Of a stretch of DNA of 64,000 bases, positions 60,301 to 64,000 are shown in pieces. The notes beneath the pieces were generated by a model. It worked only from the letters and a program-made list of their open reading frames with translations, ran no database searches and was not told where the DNA came from. The DNA comes from Veleropilina oligotropha (taxonomy: Eukaryota), in the NCBI GenBank assembly GCA_048128005.1, contig JBEUKZ010000125.1, positions 1 through 64,000 on the forward strand. The letters run 5' to 3'. Position numbers and translations under genes: made by a program. Numbering within the stretch: the stretch's first letter is position 1; each line of letters opens with the position of its first letter.

Positions 60301-62359
60301 CCTGGTCTGCCCACAGCGCATCCTACCCGTAGATAGACCTGGTCTGCCCACAGCGCATCCTACCCGTAGAGACCTGGTCTGCCCACAGCGCACCTTACCC
60401 GTAGAGACCTGGTCTGCCCACAGCGCATCCTACCCGTAGATAGACCTGGTCTGCCCACAGCGCATCCTACCCGTAGATAGACCTGGTCTGCCCACAGCGC
60501 ATCCTACCCGTAGAGATTATCTTAGAGCAACGCAAGAGATCGGGAGGGATTGCAGTTCTAAGTACATGTATAGATGAAGCAAGCAAATGAATTTATTTTG
60601 TGTTTCTTCTACCCCAGGTTGACAACGTGGCTGGCAGGACACCATTGGAACTGAACGATGGCAAAATCAAGATCACTCTAGAAGGCTGCAAGAAGCTCGT
60701 ACTGATTACGGGTGGGTGGGGTGTTAAGCTTGTAGGGGTGTTACGCTTGTACTGATTAAGGTTGAGTGGGGCGTTCTGATGTACCTAGTGTTTTTCTGTT
60801 GATCGCATCCTGGTCGAGCTCATCATGTATAGCATCATTGACTGCTTGATTCATCATGGAACGTATCATGATTTATTTTATGATTATTATGAATTTCTAG
60901 ACCATTTAATTACAGAATTATCATATTCATTGGATCCGATAATGAAATTTCACATGAAATCACAGTTTAATGCATGTGAAGGAATAAATATTATTTATTG
61001 GTATCTACTTTTAATCCAAAATATTGATTAATAAGTGTTACAACACGGACACATTCTAATGAATTCAAATATAAAAGGCACTATTATTTCTACTTCTACA
61101 CCAATTATATTCTGATTATCCACCGCAACATCAAAATTGTCGGGGATATAGAAATTAGTTCTGTCTGTGCATCTGTCCGTCCATCCATCATTCACCGTCA
61201 GACATTCTGGAGATAACGACTACTATGTTTTCTTGTTTAATATTGTATCGTGTTGTGTTGCAGACTTCGGTTTGATGGTGTCCTTTGAGAGCAACAGCAA
61301 GGTCCGGGTATCGGTTCCCGATGGTTACTGGGAAAAAATGTGTGGCCTGTGCGGAAATTTCAACGGCAATTCTGCTGATGATCGCTACATTGCCTACACG
61401 ACTACAGTCGGGAACTACAATCAGATCGGAAACAGTTGGAAAGTTCCAGAAGAGGACGAAAGCAGGCAAGGAATCTGTGTAAAATACATGGACGATAAAA
61501 CTTTTTCATATTTTATGTTCATAGAGCTGGAGGTTGCCAGGATGCATTCGGGGAATGGTATTATCAGTTTGATGAACATGACAATAATTTAGAGAAATCT
61601 TGCAGAAATGACAATGAATTTTATATACTATGTACCACATGTACAGCTAGTCAGCTCTGGTCAGCGTCTATTCTGGAGGTGGTGTCCACCTATAAAGAAT
61701 AGCTGGACTGACTTCACTAATGCTTTTCATACACCTTGTATGTCATTATGTCTTAAAGCTGAACAAATTTAAGGTCACAAGATCAAGGTCATGTGAGATT
61801 TATATGAAGAAATAATTTCTGTCTCACTGATGTTTAGCATATTAATATTATATGCATACCATGCTACCTGGACTAATTCAAAGATGTGATCAAAGGTCAA
61901 GGTCACATGACAGCTTTCTTTGATCAATTTGCTTTCTCTCAGTACTGCATCACCATCTTGGGTGGGAGAGGGTTAATATTTTATCAGGAAAAAATAATGT
62001 TGATGTAATAACATTATAGCTACTCACCTGGACAAAAGTACCAATAAAAATAAAGTCGACTTTTGATAATGATTTTGTTTACAGATGCTCAGATGATGCC
62101 GAGCAAGAGGTCATCCGCCTGTGTTCGGACGAGAACAAGATCAAATACAAGGGTTCTGATCACTGCGGTCTGCTTCGCACGGCATTCTTTCCGTGCAATT
62201 CCATTGTGGACATCGCTGAGTACTTCACCAACTGCTGGTACGATCTCTGCGGCTCTGGCGATGATGTTCGCTCCCTCTGCACCAATCTGGAGGCGTACGC
62301 GGATGCGTGTGAACTCAGAGGCATTACTGTTCTCAACTGGATAGATGGGACCCCGTGCT
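2216..62359 (+). CDS. Multi-exon gene (partial at both ends): mosaic extracellular protein with 6 C-type lectin domains (first partial), 3 PAN/apple, EGF, VWD and C8 domains (FCGBP/zonadhesin/mucin-like VWD module)
   Basis: 28 exons with AG acceptors and GT donors (one GC donor). Intron phases join into one continuous reading frame. Cys/Trp patterns fit CTLD, PAN, EGF, VWD (GDPH, CGLCG) and C8. Confidence 0.88.
2931..3598. mobile_element. Mutator-like MITE with 87-bp TIRs and 9-bp TSD
   Basis: TIR 2931-3017 is the reverse complement of 3512-3598. Flanked by ACCCTTGGG (2922-2930 and 3599-3607). Confidence 0.9.
3600..4880 (+). repeat. Degenerate tandem array of ~0.5-kb units rich in aaaatggccgcc
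   Basis: Recurring blocks (atcttgatcctcg..catatggacaagattctgg; aaaatggccgccaa). Inverted copies occur at 14210-15205. Confidence 0.7.
4890..6430 (-). mobile_element. Degenerate RTE-clade LINE remnant
   Basis: Minus-strand fragments WFGHVTRPVSLCKIIMQDKVEGG (typical RTE C-terminus) and GKSP/GVDNVSTELMK (pre-RT motif), broken by stops and deletions. Confidence 0.75.
5674..5922. mobile_element. MITE with ~42-bp TIRs inserted in the RTE remnant
   Basis: ccagtgcccagttttatgagcaagacgtagctctagtccagg ... cctggactagagctacgccttgctcataaaaccgggcactgg. It splits the GKSP|GVDN motif. Confidence 0.85.
6644..6852 (+). repeat. DIRS left inverted terminal repeat
   Basis: Reverse complement of 13854-14062 apart from one C/T difference. 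Confidence 0.95.
7632..9881 (+). CDS. DIRS ORF1, Gag-like protein
   Basis: First ATG at 7632. N-terminal Cys/His finger (CSSSGC...DRHKECCTHRSC...CDLC), S/P-rich middle, DIRS-gag-like helical block (LGNALLLRRDACL...LRCVP..TLFG) and basic tail. Confidence 0.9.
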   Translation: MVRCSSSGCNQKIHAFDRHKECCTHRSCSIHHQCDLCFLLSDKQWATLSHHGKSTRATATVGPPPEKGQEETGKLPNVSSLSASGTLDDSRHKGTSVAGSTGETSATLGRVTETLPVPKIQVKTRVSTDPPKPGLVAAVSHTLPASKVYMTAQRTAVQGRPSPSFSSASKNKGTVSPSAVHSPSSDGERTNAEKAFKEAGHLLVGLRLGQSAKPESSVENDATSPRGFPLNLEAHETFRGPGLSRAPTVVTLENVDRPAAFGTGFYGGFPSVPRSNRVVDRSELLPQSYRSSGPLTAPPGQSFGFDPSTSARGPWSSVPPVRAARLPSATVTSTELPAVSSSPVLPPGFSFENVQAWIAAGIEERCKAWPTAPEPHLVPTLLPMAQSTAPASVIDIDPRSDEDLCSNHTDLPESVGSEDISLTGTQEPTSSTRRRLDAVASLRGVLGLSEPTRSAVDVAKHRTAAHRFVAREAPELPSLPQSGLVDLVVDSITKLVQGRNPVESSPLNEFPSGFRSERYLRASTRAIPFECTGPCLATEPARVDASLRRLTASHTPSVAKVPWSALEAFESSARRALRLSSVQDFFLDGAIAVLQENGPGATEAALSFLQEVAAAQETSALETGRVLGNALLLRRDACLEGTSLDEPTRRSLRCVPCSATTLFGDNFTEFVDKRAADIKDRAIEKAVLLPTRGPPANSKKRSGPTPAPKPSKRAKPSSGGRPPANKPTPKRQAPPAKSRKQSGIGKPRP
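9865..11955 (+). CDS. DIRS ORF2: reverse transcriptase, RNase H and DNA adenine methyltransferase-like domain
   Basis: RT motifs KPDGRWRPILDL, SIDLADAY, LPFGLSSAP, YLDD. RNase H motifs FTDAS, HINFLE, DNTTVVAYI, HIPGKLNVRADSLSR. MT-like motifs DLFA...YAFPP. The frame is open from 9865 and the first in-frame ATG is only at 10360. Confidence 0.95.
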   Translation, partial: GSLGPRAAGIRDGPSCPLPPVGACLLAHSQPWLELTDSNWVHLVVSAGYKLAFNRHPTLTEAPPTRHARLLNGEKQAVLDQAVRDLLLKRAIYPAPPSTPGFYSHFFLVPKPDGRWRPILDLSYLNLYLRTEKFQQETLSKIRAAIRPGDWAASIDLADAYLHVPMHITAHQYLRFIHGETIYQFRCLPFGLSSAPYVFTRTVQALGAFLHSLGHRVHMYLDDWLILGASRDLCLRSTSFTLSSTKRLGFQINETKSCFVPSTTFTFLGVDFDTVRYTAKPTQKRMRNLRAVIQDTLSSDITTARQLATVLGHIESVAPLLPTGRMEKRPLQQAFRDRWIQRTGQWKDRIDLRHWFTDTTAVWLNPALPDQSVPISPPEPNAYLFTDASNDGWGGHLDSYETSGLWPTDLQGRHINFLELEAVYLSVRSLSSHLRNKHIMLATDNTTVVAYIQHQGGTRSRPLCDRAIDLHRLVMSLNSTIRARHIPGKLNVRADSLSRRSQIIHTEWTLHSRVAREVCRRWSQPQVDLFATEFNYRLPLYVSPYPDPAALAVDAMSMTWENLSAYAFPPTCILSLVLQKAATERCEITLIAPLYRTQPWFPTLLDLIVDRPLALPQKLDLLMQPRTRVLHESPNHLRLHAWRLSNDPLLRKDFLKLQPYVSTDREGFPLQKSMTTDGLSTWIGVTAGRSIYSVPL
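9882..12866 (+). CDS. DIRS ORF3: tyrosine recombinase (phage-integrase family) with a long N-terminal extension overlapping ORF2
   Basis: Core-binding region (STTKVYDYRW...SVSAVKGYRATI) and catalytic residues R (ASGRRCSEI), K (LAKNQ), HxxR (HEVR), W (GYW), Y (KHY). Same frame as gag and open directly after the gag TAG. Confidence 0.95.
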   Translation, partial: GCRHSRRPQLPAPAGGSVPVSTQPALARADRQQLGPLSRECRIQVGIQPASDLNRGTTNKTRSPPKRRETSGLRPGSAGFAPKKSDISRAAQHTRILQPFLPGPETRWPLETDPRSLVPKPISSYREIPARNPLEDSSGHPSGRLGSVYRSRRRVSACPDAYHGSSVPSVYTRGDDLPIQVPTVRSIVSPVRLHENSTGPGGLPTLSRAQGTYVPRRLADPRGVPRSVPPVYELYPVIDEAPGISDQRDKILLRALDDVYVPRSRLRYGPVHREADPEAYAEPTRGYPRHPVIGHNYGATTGHCPGAHRVGSAPATDGSHGKKTVTTGFQGSLDTTDGAVEGSHRSTALVYRHDSSVVEPRFAGPVGSYIPTRAERLPVHRRFERRLGWSPRQLRDIRPMADRPSGTTYQLPRVRSRLPVSTVPLVTSPQQAYNARHGQHDCRRLHTAPGRYTLASPMRPSNRPTPLSDVPQLDDSSPTHPGKAECQSGFALSEITDYTHRVDATQPSSSGGLPPVVATPSRLVCNRIQLPTTSVCLPVPRPGRPGGRRNVNDMGESVRVCLPPDVHSITGITEGSDRTLRDNANSAPVSHATLVSDPPRSDRRSTVSVTAETRPVNATTHPCTPRVAEPLTFTRLAVIERSLAKKGFSKATALRIYRSRRISTTKVYDYRWVKYVDWCHSRQINILRPPVNKFIEFLSSLFDRGMSVSAVKGYRATITTTLKQCRAHAGLSSDRTISDFIRSYELEIPTRRIKPPAWNIVLILNALLLPPYEPMSEITMRNLTHKTVFLIALASGRRCSEIHAFSSELRDIRFQSDGSVILRPILGFLAKNQRPNEDAPDVVIPKLTLVGRRDADRFNCPVRALRFYLDRTRELRQGKLRLFISYLPTYTRDITRTTVSRWISQTVRDVYIRCDNEDRTILSVRAHEVRAIAASVAFRHNLNINALLQAGYWKNANVFVKHYLRDYSTGADGLSSLHCVAAQRVIVRPRSSNQ
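13703..13793 (+). repeat. DIRS internal complementary region (ICR)
   Basis: 13703-13741 is the reverse complement of the left end 6633-6671. 13742-13793 is the reverse complement of the right end 14043-14094. Together they spell the circle junction CCTCA|TATATAG. Confidence 0.95.
13854..14094 (+). repeat. DIRS right inverted terminal repeat plus right extension
   Basis: ITR 13854-14062 followed by a 32-bp extension that is mirrored in the ICR. Confidence 0.95.
14210..15205 (-). repeat. Two ~490-bp tandem units, inverted relative to 3600-4880
   Basis: tagctctttggatggcg...ggcggccattttg at about 14209 and 14695, the reverse complement of 3960-3998. Confidence 0.7.
15841..16089 (+). mobile_element. 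tRNA-derived SINE (V-SINE-like core, (CCT)n-type tail)
   Basis: A box GCGCAGTGG, B box GGTTCAATACC, core gggtttacccgggcgacc..ggtttcctccc. TSD gctattgttta/gctattattta. Confidence 0.9.
17005..18184 (-). mobile_element. Partial inverted copy of the TTAA element at 40107-42563
   Basis: Ends cgctcccggagggacgagg|ttaa, the reverse complement of the start at 40107. Internal homology throughout. Confidence 0.75.
18450..18670 (+). mobile_element. tRNA-derived SINE (second family)
   Basis: A box TAGCTCAACTGG, B box GGTTCAAGCCC, then a non-tRNA body that recurs at about 49990-50115. Confidence 0.65.
19166..19186 (+). CDS. 21-nt micro-exon (linker ATETVTQG)
   Basis: ttttttcag|CCACTGAAACTGTCACACAAG|gtaatt, phase 1-1, in frame with its neighbours. 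Confidence 0.6.
19544..19697 (+). CDS. Exon: CTL1 part 1
   Basis: GSDGCQFTLEKRCYKLSDGAKSWVDAYRACQADGGNLAIL..., AG/GT bounded. Confidence 0.9.
20356..20470 (+). CDS. Exon: CTL1 part 2
   Basis: VGQNCWVAGQDYPLEGEITWSYGKKKIRSAFKYWLNNV, phase 2-0. Confidence 0.85.
21241..21370 (+). CDS. Exon: CTL1 part 3
   Basis: EGGSTTRNCIRAASGSCRWVERACEEQNRYLCEYR..., phase 0-1. Confidence 0.88.
22080..22230 (+). CDS. Exon: PAN/apple domain 1 part 1
   Basis: ...DTEGRCADLCEDNESCNSCDYNQAKK (C-xxx-C-x5-C pattern), phase 1-2. Confidence 0.85.
22757..23016 (+). mobile_element. tRNA-derived SINE (15841 family)
   Basis: Near-identical to the 15841 copy. TSD tccataatgcata, (CCT)n tail. Confidence 0.92.
23405..27865 (+). 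mobile_element. Helentron-like non-autonomous element (HINE type), interrupted by a TIR element
   Basis: 5' cccc...gggatatag, gtcc microrepeat, internal ttaaagtttt repeats, 3' gggatac|cgctatatcgatagcacttgttt. A second copy lies at 62887-64000. Confidence 0.65.
24645..27840. mobile_element. Foldback-like TIR element with long AT-rich subrepeated TIRs and an internal ~742-bp tandem duplication
   Basis: CTATGAGGGGCCATCTGTAAATATATTATTTAGC ... GCTAAATAATATATTTACAGATGGCCCCTCATAG, flanked by ATAC. Confidence 0.85.
28015..28109 (+). CDS. Exon: PAN1 part 2
   Basis: KCLLRTESRYSVPSYKVKKDAGWKHMVNRYRQ, phase 2-1. Confidence 0.82.
28206..28420 (-). mobile_element. Diverged, internally deleted SINE (same subfamily as 590-863)
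   Basis: Shares ggatcgatg..tatatttccaaccatcatttggttcaaagc..ggacatgtcc with the 590-863 copy. Confidence 0.75.
28959..29823 (+). mobile_element. hAT-like deletion derivative with 5-bp TSD and a transposase zinc-finger remnant
   Basis: TIR CATGGTTCG(C/T)ACA, TSD TATAC, subterminal (gtccttgaa)n. About 29499-29618 translates as EYASWIREVKTDKHKAMCALCNKTIDIAKMGERALKSHLK. Confidence 0.82.
29833..30103. mobile_element. MITE with 5-bp TSD (hAT5-like)
   Basis: CAGGGTTCTCCC...GGGAGAACCCTG, TSD CATAT. Confidence 0.85.
30376..30556 (+). CDS. Exon: CTL2 part 1
   Basis: KHCPTSCPWRHHSGRCFKYVSTAATWSQAAAKCAQYGGQLAVM..., phase 1-2. Confidence 0.9.
31052..32470 (+). mobile_element. tRNA-derived SINE split by a nested DNA transposon
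   Basis: A box GTGGCCGAGTGG at about 31062 and B box GGTTCAAGCCC at about 32320 rejoin when 31098-32304 is removed. The 3' part recurs at about 50680-50790. Confidence 0.7.
31098..32304 (+). mobile_element. Non-autonomous DNA transposon, 13-bp TIR CATACATGTGATA, 6-bp TSD
   Basis: TSD aaacgg/aaatgg. A homologous copy lies at 41209-42323. Confidence 0.82.
32556..32821 (+). mobile_element. tRNA-derived SINE (15841 family)
   Basis: Same head and core. TSD tcaaaaatttcct/tcaaaaatttctt, (CCT)n tail. Confidence 0.92.
32951..33062 (+). CDS. Exon: CTL2 part 2
   Basis: LNAFWIGLSRKDSRHPFMWKWKNDNIPVRNHYWLNGA (WIGL motif). Confidence 0.9.
33445..33577 (+). CDS. Exon: CTL2 part 3
   Basis: PNAGSAENCGFSKPGYNNKWSCRACGNALPYLCEF... 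Confidence 0.9.
34059..35289. mobile_element. TIR element with 5-bp TSD, nested in a HINE
   Basis: CAGCCCTCG...CGAGGGCTG, TSD TGATG, subterminal gtcggc/gccgac repeats. Confidence 0.8.
34357..34600 (+). mobile_element. Short (~245 bp) HINE-like element, with copies at 37838-38083 and 52629-52876
   Basis: atgccaccacc...gtggcat, (gtcc)n microsatellite, 3' ggggcat plus palindrome tgtcc-gat-ggaca plus ctagtt. Inserted at T-rich sites. Confidence 0.8.
35562..36833. mobile_element. Tc1/mariner (pogo/Tigger-like) MITE
   Basis: TA|CACTGTAGCCTCGGTATAACG...CGTTATACCGAGGCTACAGTG|TA. Confidence 0.88.
37838..38083 (+). mobile_element. Short HINE-like element (copy of 34357-34600)
   Basis: Near-identical sequence. 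Confidence 0.8.
39319..39478 (+). CDS. Exon: PAN2 part 1 (with acidic tract)
   Basis: AWLDGFEPVAETIFADIDDDDDDNDEAATSDVCATRCYKNDDCASFCHNSGTKR, phase 1-2. Confidence 0.85.
40107..42563 (+). mobile_element. piggyBac-like non-autonomous element (TTAA TSD) with a nested transposon
   Basis: ttaa|CCTCGTCCCT...AGGGAGGAGG|ttaa. Confidence 0.75.
41209..42323 (+). mobile_element. Second copy of the CATACATGTGATA element, 6-bp TSD
   Basis: Perfect 13-bp TIR, TSD TTACAT. The empty site is visible in the sister copy at about 17075-17100. Confidence 0.85.
42567..45001. repeat. 41-bp minisatellite, about 53 units, interrupted by a SINE
   Basis: Unit GATCCATTCC(A/T)AGTGATAGCAGTATGGCATATGAACTT plus a variable triplet. 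Confidence 0.97.
44635..44895 (-). mobile_element. tRNA-derived SINE (15841 family) inserted in the minisatellite
   Basis: Reverse complement of the family consensus. TSD TGAACTTGACGA. Confidence 0.93.
45049..45140 (+). CDS. Exon: PAN2 part 2
   Basis: RCKYSKYSKYSRPGSAKPSPEWKHYVQKERK, phase 2-1. Confidence 0.82.
45219..45574. mobile_element. MITE with 5-bp TSD (hAT5-like)
   Basis: CAGTGATGTTCC...GGAACATCACTG, TSD CATGT, gccgcgccc subterminal repeats. Confidence 0.87.
45621..45963 (+). mobile_element. tRNA-derived CORE-type SINE, with a diverged relative at ~47240-47530
   Basis: A box GTGGTACAGTGG, B box GGTTCAACCCC, core ccttgggcaag..tgcctc..cacccag..aaatgggtacc, L2-like tail aagcgctttgag...attattatt. 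Confidence 0.75.
46350..46524 (+). CDS. Exon: CTL3 part 1
   Basis: QHCPYRSIAAAGSNRCYRFYTREMSWEGAVKSCRTKGGYIAVL... Confidence 0.9.
46895..47006 (+). CDS. Exon: CTL3 part 2
   Basis: IPYAYWMGFNRRSGRWKWNLKGRACNCGTYTNWEAGY. Confidence 0.9.
47883..48012 (+). CDS. Exon: CTL3 part 3
   Basis: PNANTNNCAIGVKGLGGRWKSISCGAQRPYVCEFR... Confidence 0.9.
48438..48591 (+). CDS. Exon: PAN3 part 1
   Basis: ...VRDVSNSECLSQCKRKRSCRAINYFDDDRR. Confidence 0.87.
48731..48822 (+). CDS. Exon: PAN3 part 2
   Basis: CELCSKSRHTAPQRVRKGSRCRTQSIRKRR, phase 2-1. Confidence 0.83.
49262..49442 (+). CDS. Exon: CTL4 part 1
   Basis: THCPRSAFSSGDSGRCYKFGDRRMSWPEAQAYCKKRGNGRLAVI... Confidence 0.9.
50184..50301 (+). CDS. Exon: CTL4 part 2
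   Basis: SPSEYWIGMRKTKSRGTCWSWGTKTFRMGRFAKWGSRDT. Confidence 0.88.
50469..50595 (+). CDS. Exon: CTL4 part 3
   Basis: TQFSTSSQLCGVASSNQWEYRRCNDKKKFLCEYR... Confidence 0.88.
51070..51229 (+). CDS. Exon: CTL5 part 1
   Basis: GQCPRYWESFEGTCYIHKTHPRTYSGASEACALFGAEVLSIENENENEFIEYLV. Donor GT|gtaggt is required for phase 2. Confidence 0.88.
51663..51759 (+). CDS. Exon: CTL5 part 2
   Basis: QLKSAGDYTKIWLGLKRTRDGSWAWSDDTNYE. Confidence 0.9.
52629..52876 (+). mobile_element. Short HINE-like element (copy of 34357-34600)
   Basis: Near-identical except for a short internal segment. Confidence 0.8.
53027..53101. repeat. 15-bp tandem repeat (ataatataacatcag), about 5 copies
   Basis: Directly visible. 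Confidence 0.9.
53367..53535 (+). CDS. Exon: CTL5 part 3
   Basis: AGYTNWREDTLGKTSFSACTAMAPASNQDVKWVDRSCGNAYHFICKGT... Confidence 0.88.
55277..55399 (+). CDS. Exon: EGF-like domain
   Basis: CRTGSFSCPANSRCRGSRLGYHCVCSRGYTPMRNGGQLSCY (6 Cys, CxC..GY). Confidence 0.88.
55662..58395. mobile_element. piggyBac-like non-autonomous element with nested insertions
   Basis: ttaa|CTCTTTAGCGAC...GTCACGAAAAGAG|ttaa (imperfect short TIR). Confidence 0.55.
57398..58261. mobile_element. MITE with 5-bp TSD (hAT5-like)
   Basis: CAGGCATGAGACT...AGTCTCATGCCTG, TSD TATAT. Confidence 0.87.
58424..58747 (+). mobile_element. HINE-like element (33790-39045 family)
   Basis: atccccggacaatagtcgggg...gggatacacccc..tcgacttgctgggtcga..gctagttt. 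Confidence 0.72.
59381..59631 (+). CDS. Exon: VWD domain part 1
   Basis: KVCLSSGDPHIHTPDGLKIHFQGVCRYTLAKPC... Confidence 0.93.
60296..60515. repeat. 35-37-bp minisatellite, 6 copies
   Basis: acctggtctgcccacagcgcatcctacccgtag(at)ag. Confidence 0.93.
60618..60711 (+). CDS. Exon: VWD part 2
   Basis: VDNVAGRTPLELNDGKIKITLEGCKKLVLIT, phase 0-1. Confidence 0.88.
61264..61465 (+). CDS. Exon: VWD part 3 (GC donor)
   Basis: DFGLMVSFESNSKVRVSVPDGYWEKMCGLCGNFNGNSADD...GNSWKVP. Confidence 0.9.
62085..62359 (+). CDS. Exon: C8 domain
   Basis: ...HCGLLRTAFFPCNSIVDIAEYFTNCWYDLCGSGDDVRSLCTNLEAYADACELRGITVLNWIDGTPC. Confidence 0.92.
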
Positions 62360-62886
62360 GTAAGCTATGCTATGTCAGTTGATCATATCCCTAGACAATA
62401 ATCGGTGATTTACTATGCTTTGCGCGCTGTACAGAAAAGTTATAATCCCGTTTGCTTCAAATTTGATACGCTCATTAGTTATGAGATTACGACCGCAACC
62501 GGTTTTGGTCGTTTTCTCATTCAAAATGGTCGATAAATAATAATAATAAAAATATTAATAATACACATATTAAGCTGATATAGCAATGAAAGAAATGTAA
62601 CTTTCCGCCATATTTTGTCATTTTTGTATTGCAGATGAAGAACGAAATTTCCTGGTGGAGACATAATCTGATTTAATTCCCATGATAGTCCATATTCAAC
62701 TGGGGAGATTAGGTGTCCTCTGGACATATATCAGATAAGCTGGTTTATGCGAAATGTTCCTGAACATGAAATATCAATATTTTATGATCATCAGATAAGG
62801 AAAACTCTGTAGCATTAATGTTGTAATTGTTGAGATTTTTACACTTTTATAACCGAACATTAAAGTCATTTATTGCCAGTCAGTTT

Positions 62887-64000
62887 ATTATCCCCCGCGG
62901 CTTCCGAAGGAAAAAGCTGAAGGGGGATATAGGGATAGCCTCCATCCGGTCACACTTTTGGTTAAAGTTTTTGGATGAGGTATTACATGCATTTAATGGA
63001 TGAATAACTCTATCAACCCTTTTTAGATGGAAAGTAGACATGTTTAGCCTTTAGTTGGAACCAAAAACGAAAAGATTTTTTATTTAATTTGTTAAAAAAA
63101 AGCACTTTCAATATAGACATTTTCGGTTAAAGTTTTTTGTTAAAGTTTTTCTTTTGAGTGTATATCGATTGCTCAAGGAACATTTCGGCATATACAAGCT
63201 TTAGTAATGGTTATATATGGATGTGACCTGATACTCTGGCAATGGTTTACATTATAATTTTATATAAATAAATCATAAAATTGGTGTTTTGGGACATAGA
63301 AATTTATTGAAAAAATTTCGGTTAAAGTTTTTCAAAGAGTGCTTATGCAATGGTCATTGCACTTGTTTGCACACTTATGTTTTGTTGCTGGCTATATTGA
63401 TGTTAGTGATATTGAACAAAATTTAATATAAATAATTTGTGAAATTGATGTTTTTATATAAAAATTTTAGTTACATTTTTTAGGTTAAAGTTTTTCGATT
63501 ATTGCATATAGGTTTAATAAAGCACTTTTTTAATGCATATACTTTGCTGTTGGCCATATTGACACTACTTGCTATTCTGGAAGTGATATTTAATAAAATT
63601 TAAAATAAAATAAAATGTTTTTTGACATAGAAATTTAGTAAACATTTTCGGTTTAAGTTATTCAAATACCGCATATTGATTGATCAAGACATGTTGTTGC
63701 AAGCATATGCATTGGTGTATGCTGCATAGTTGTTACCTGCTATTGTTAGAGTTATATTGATTATAATTTAATTTAAATATTCTGTGAAATTTTATTTAAA
63801 GTTTCTGTTTTTTTCAGTGAGTGCATATGGGTTGACATTGTGATGCTACATGCTGCTCTGGCAGTGATGTTGCATTCAGTTTAACACAAAACTGTGTTAA
63901 ATTTGTGTATTTGGACATAGAAATTTGGATTAATTTAACACAAATAATGTGTTACATTTGCAAGTTTGGACAAAGTTATTCAATTAGGGCATGTGTGCTG
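62887..64000 (+). mobile_element. HINE-like element, second copy of the 23405 family (runs off the window)
   Basis: Colinear with 23405-24495 over about 1.1 kb. Confidence 0.8.

Overview
AT-rich, intron-rich eukaryotic DNA, probably from an invertebrate animal (inferred from the repeat types). It is not prokaryotic, so most entries in the ORF track are noise. (1) A large + strand multi-exon gene runs through the whole window and continues beyond both ends. I reconstructed 28 coding exons (2216-62359, about 3,970 nt, about 1,320 aa) with consistent intron phases. They encode a mosaic extracellular protein: [C-type lectin, partial]-(C-type lectin-PAN/apple)x3-C-type lectin-C-type lectin-EGF-VWD(GDPH)-C8. 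(2) An apparently intact, recent DIRS1-type tyrosine-recombinase retrotransposon (6633-14094) lies in the sense orientation in the first visible intron. It has inverted terminal repeats (ITRs), an internal complementary region (ICR), gag, RT-RNaseH-methyltransferase-like and YR ORFs. The gag stop (CCC TAG) is both the only barrier to the in-frame YR ORF and a candidate +1 frameshift site into the RT ORF, which has no usable ATG. The introns also hold many nested SINEs, MITEs and Helentron-like elements, an RTE LINE remnant and a 41-bp minisatellite array.
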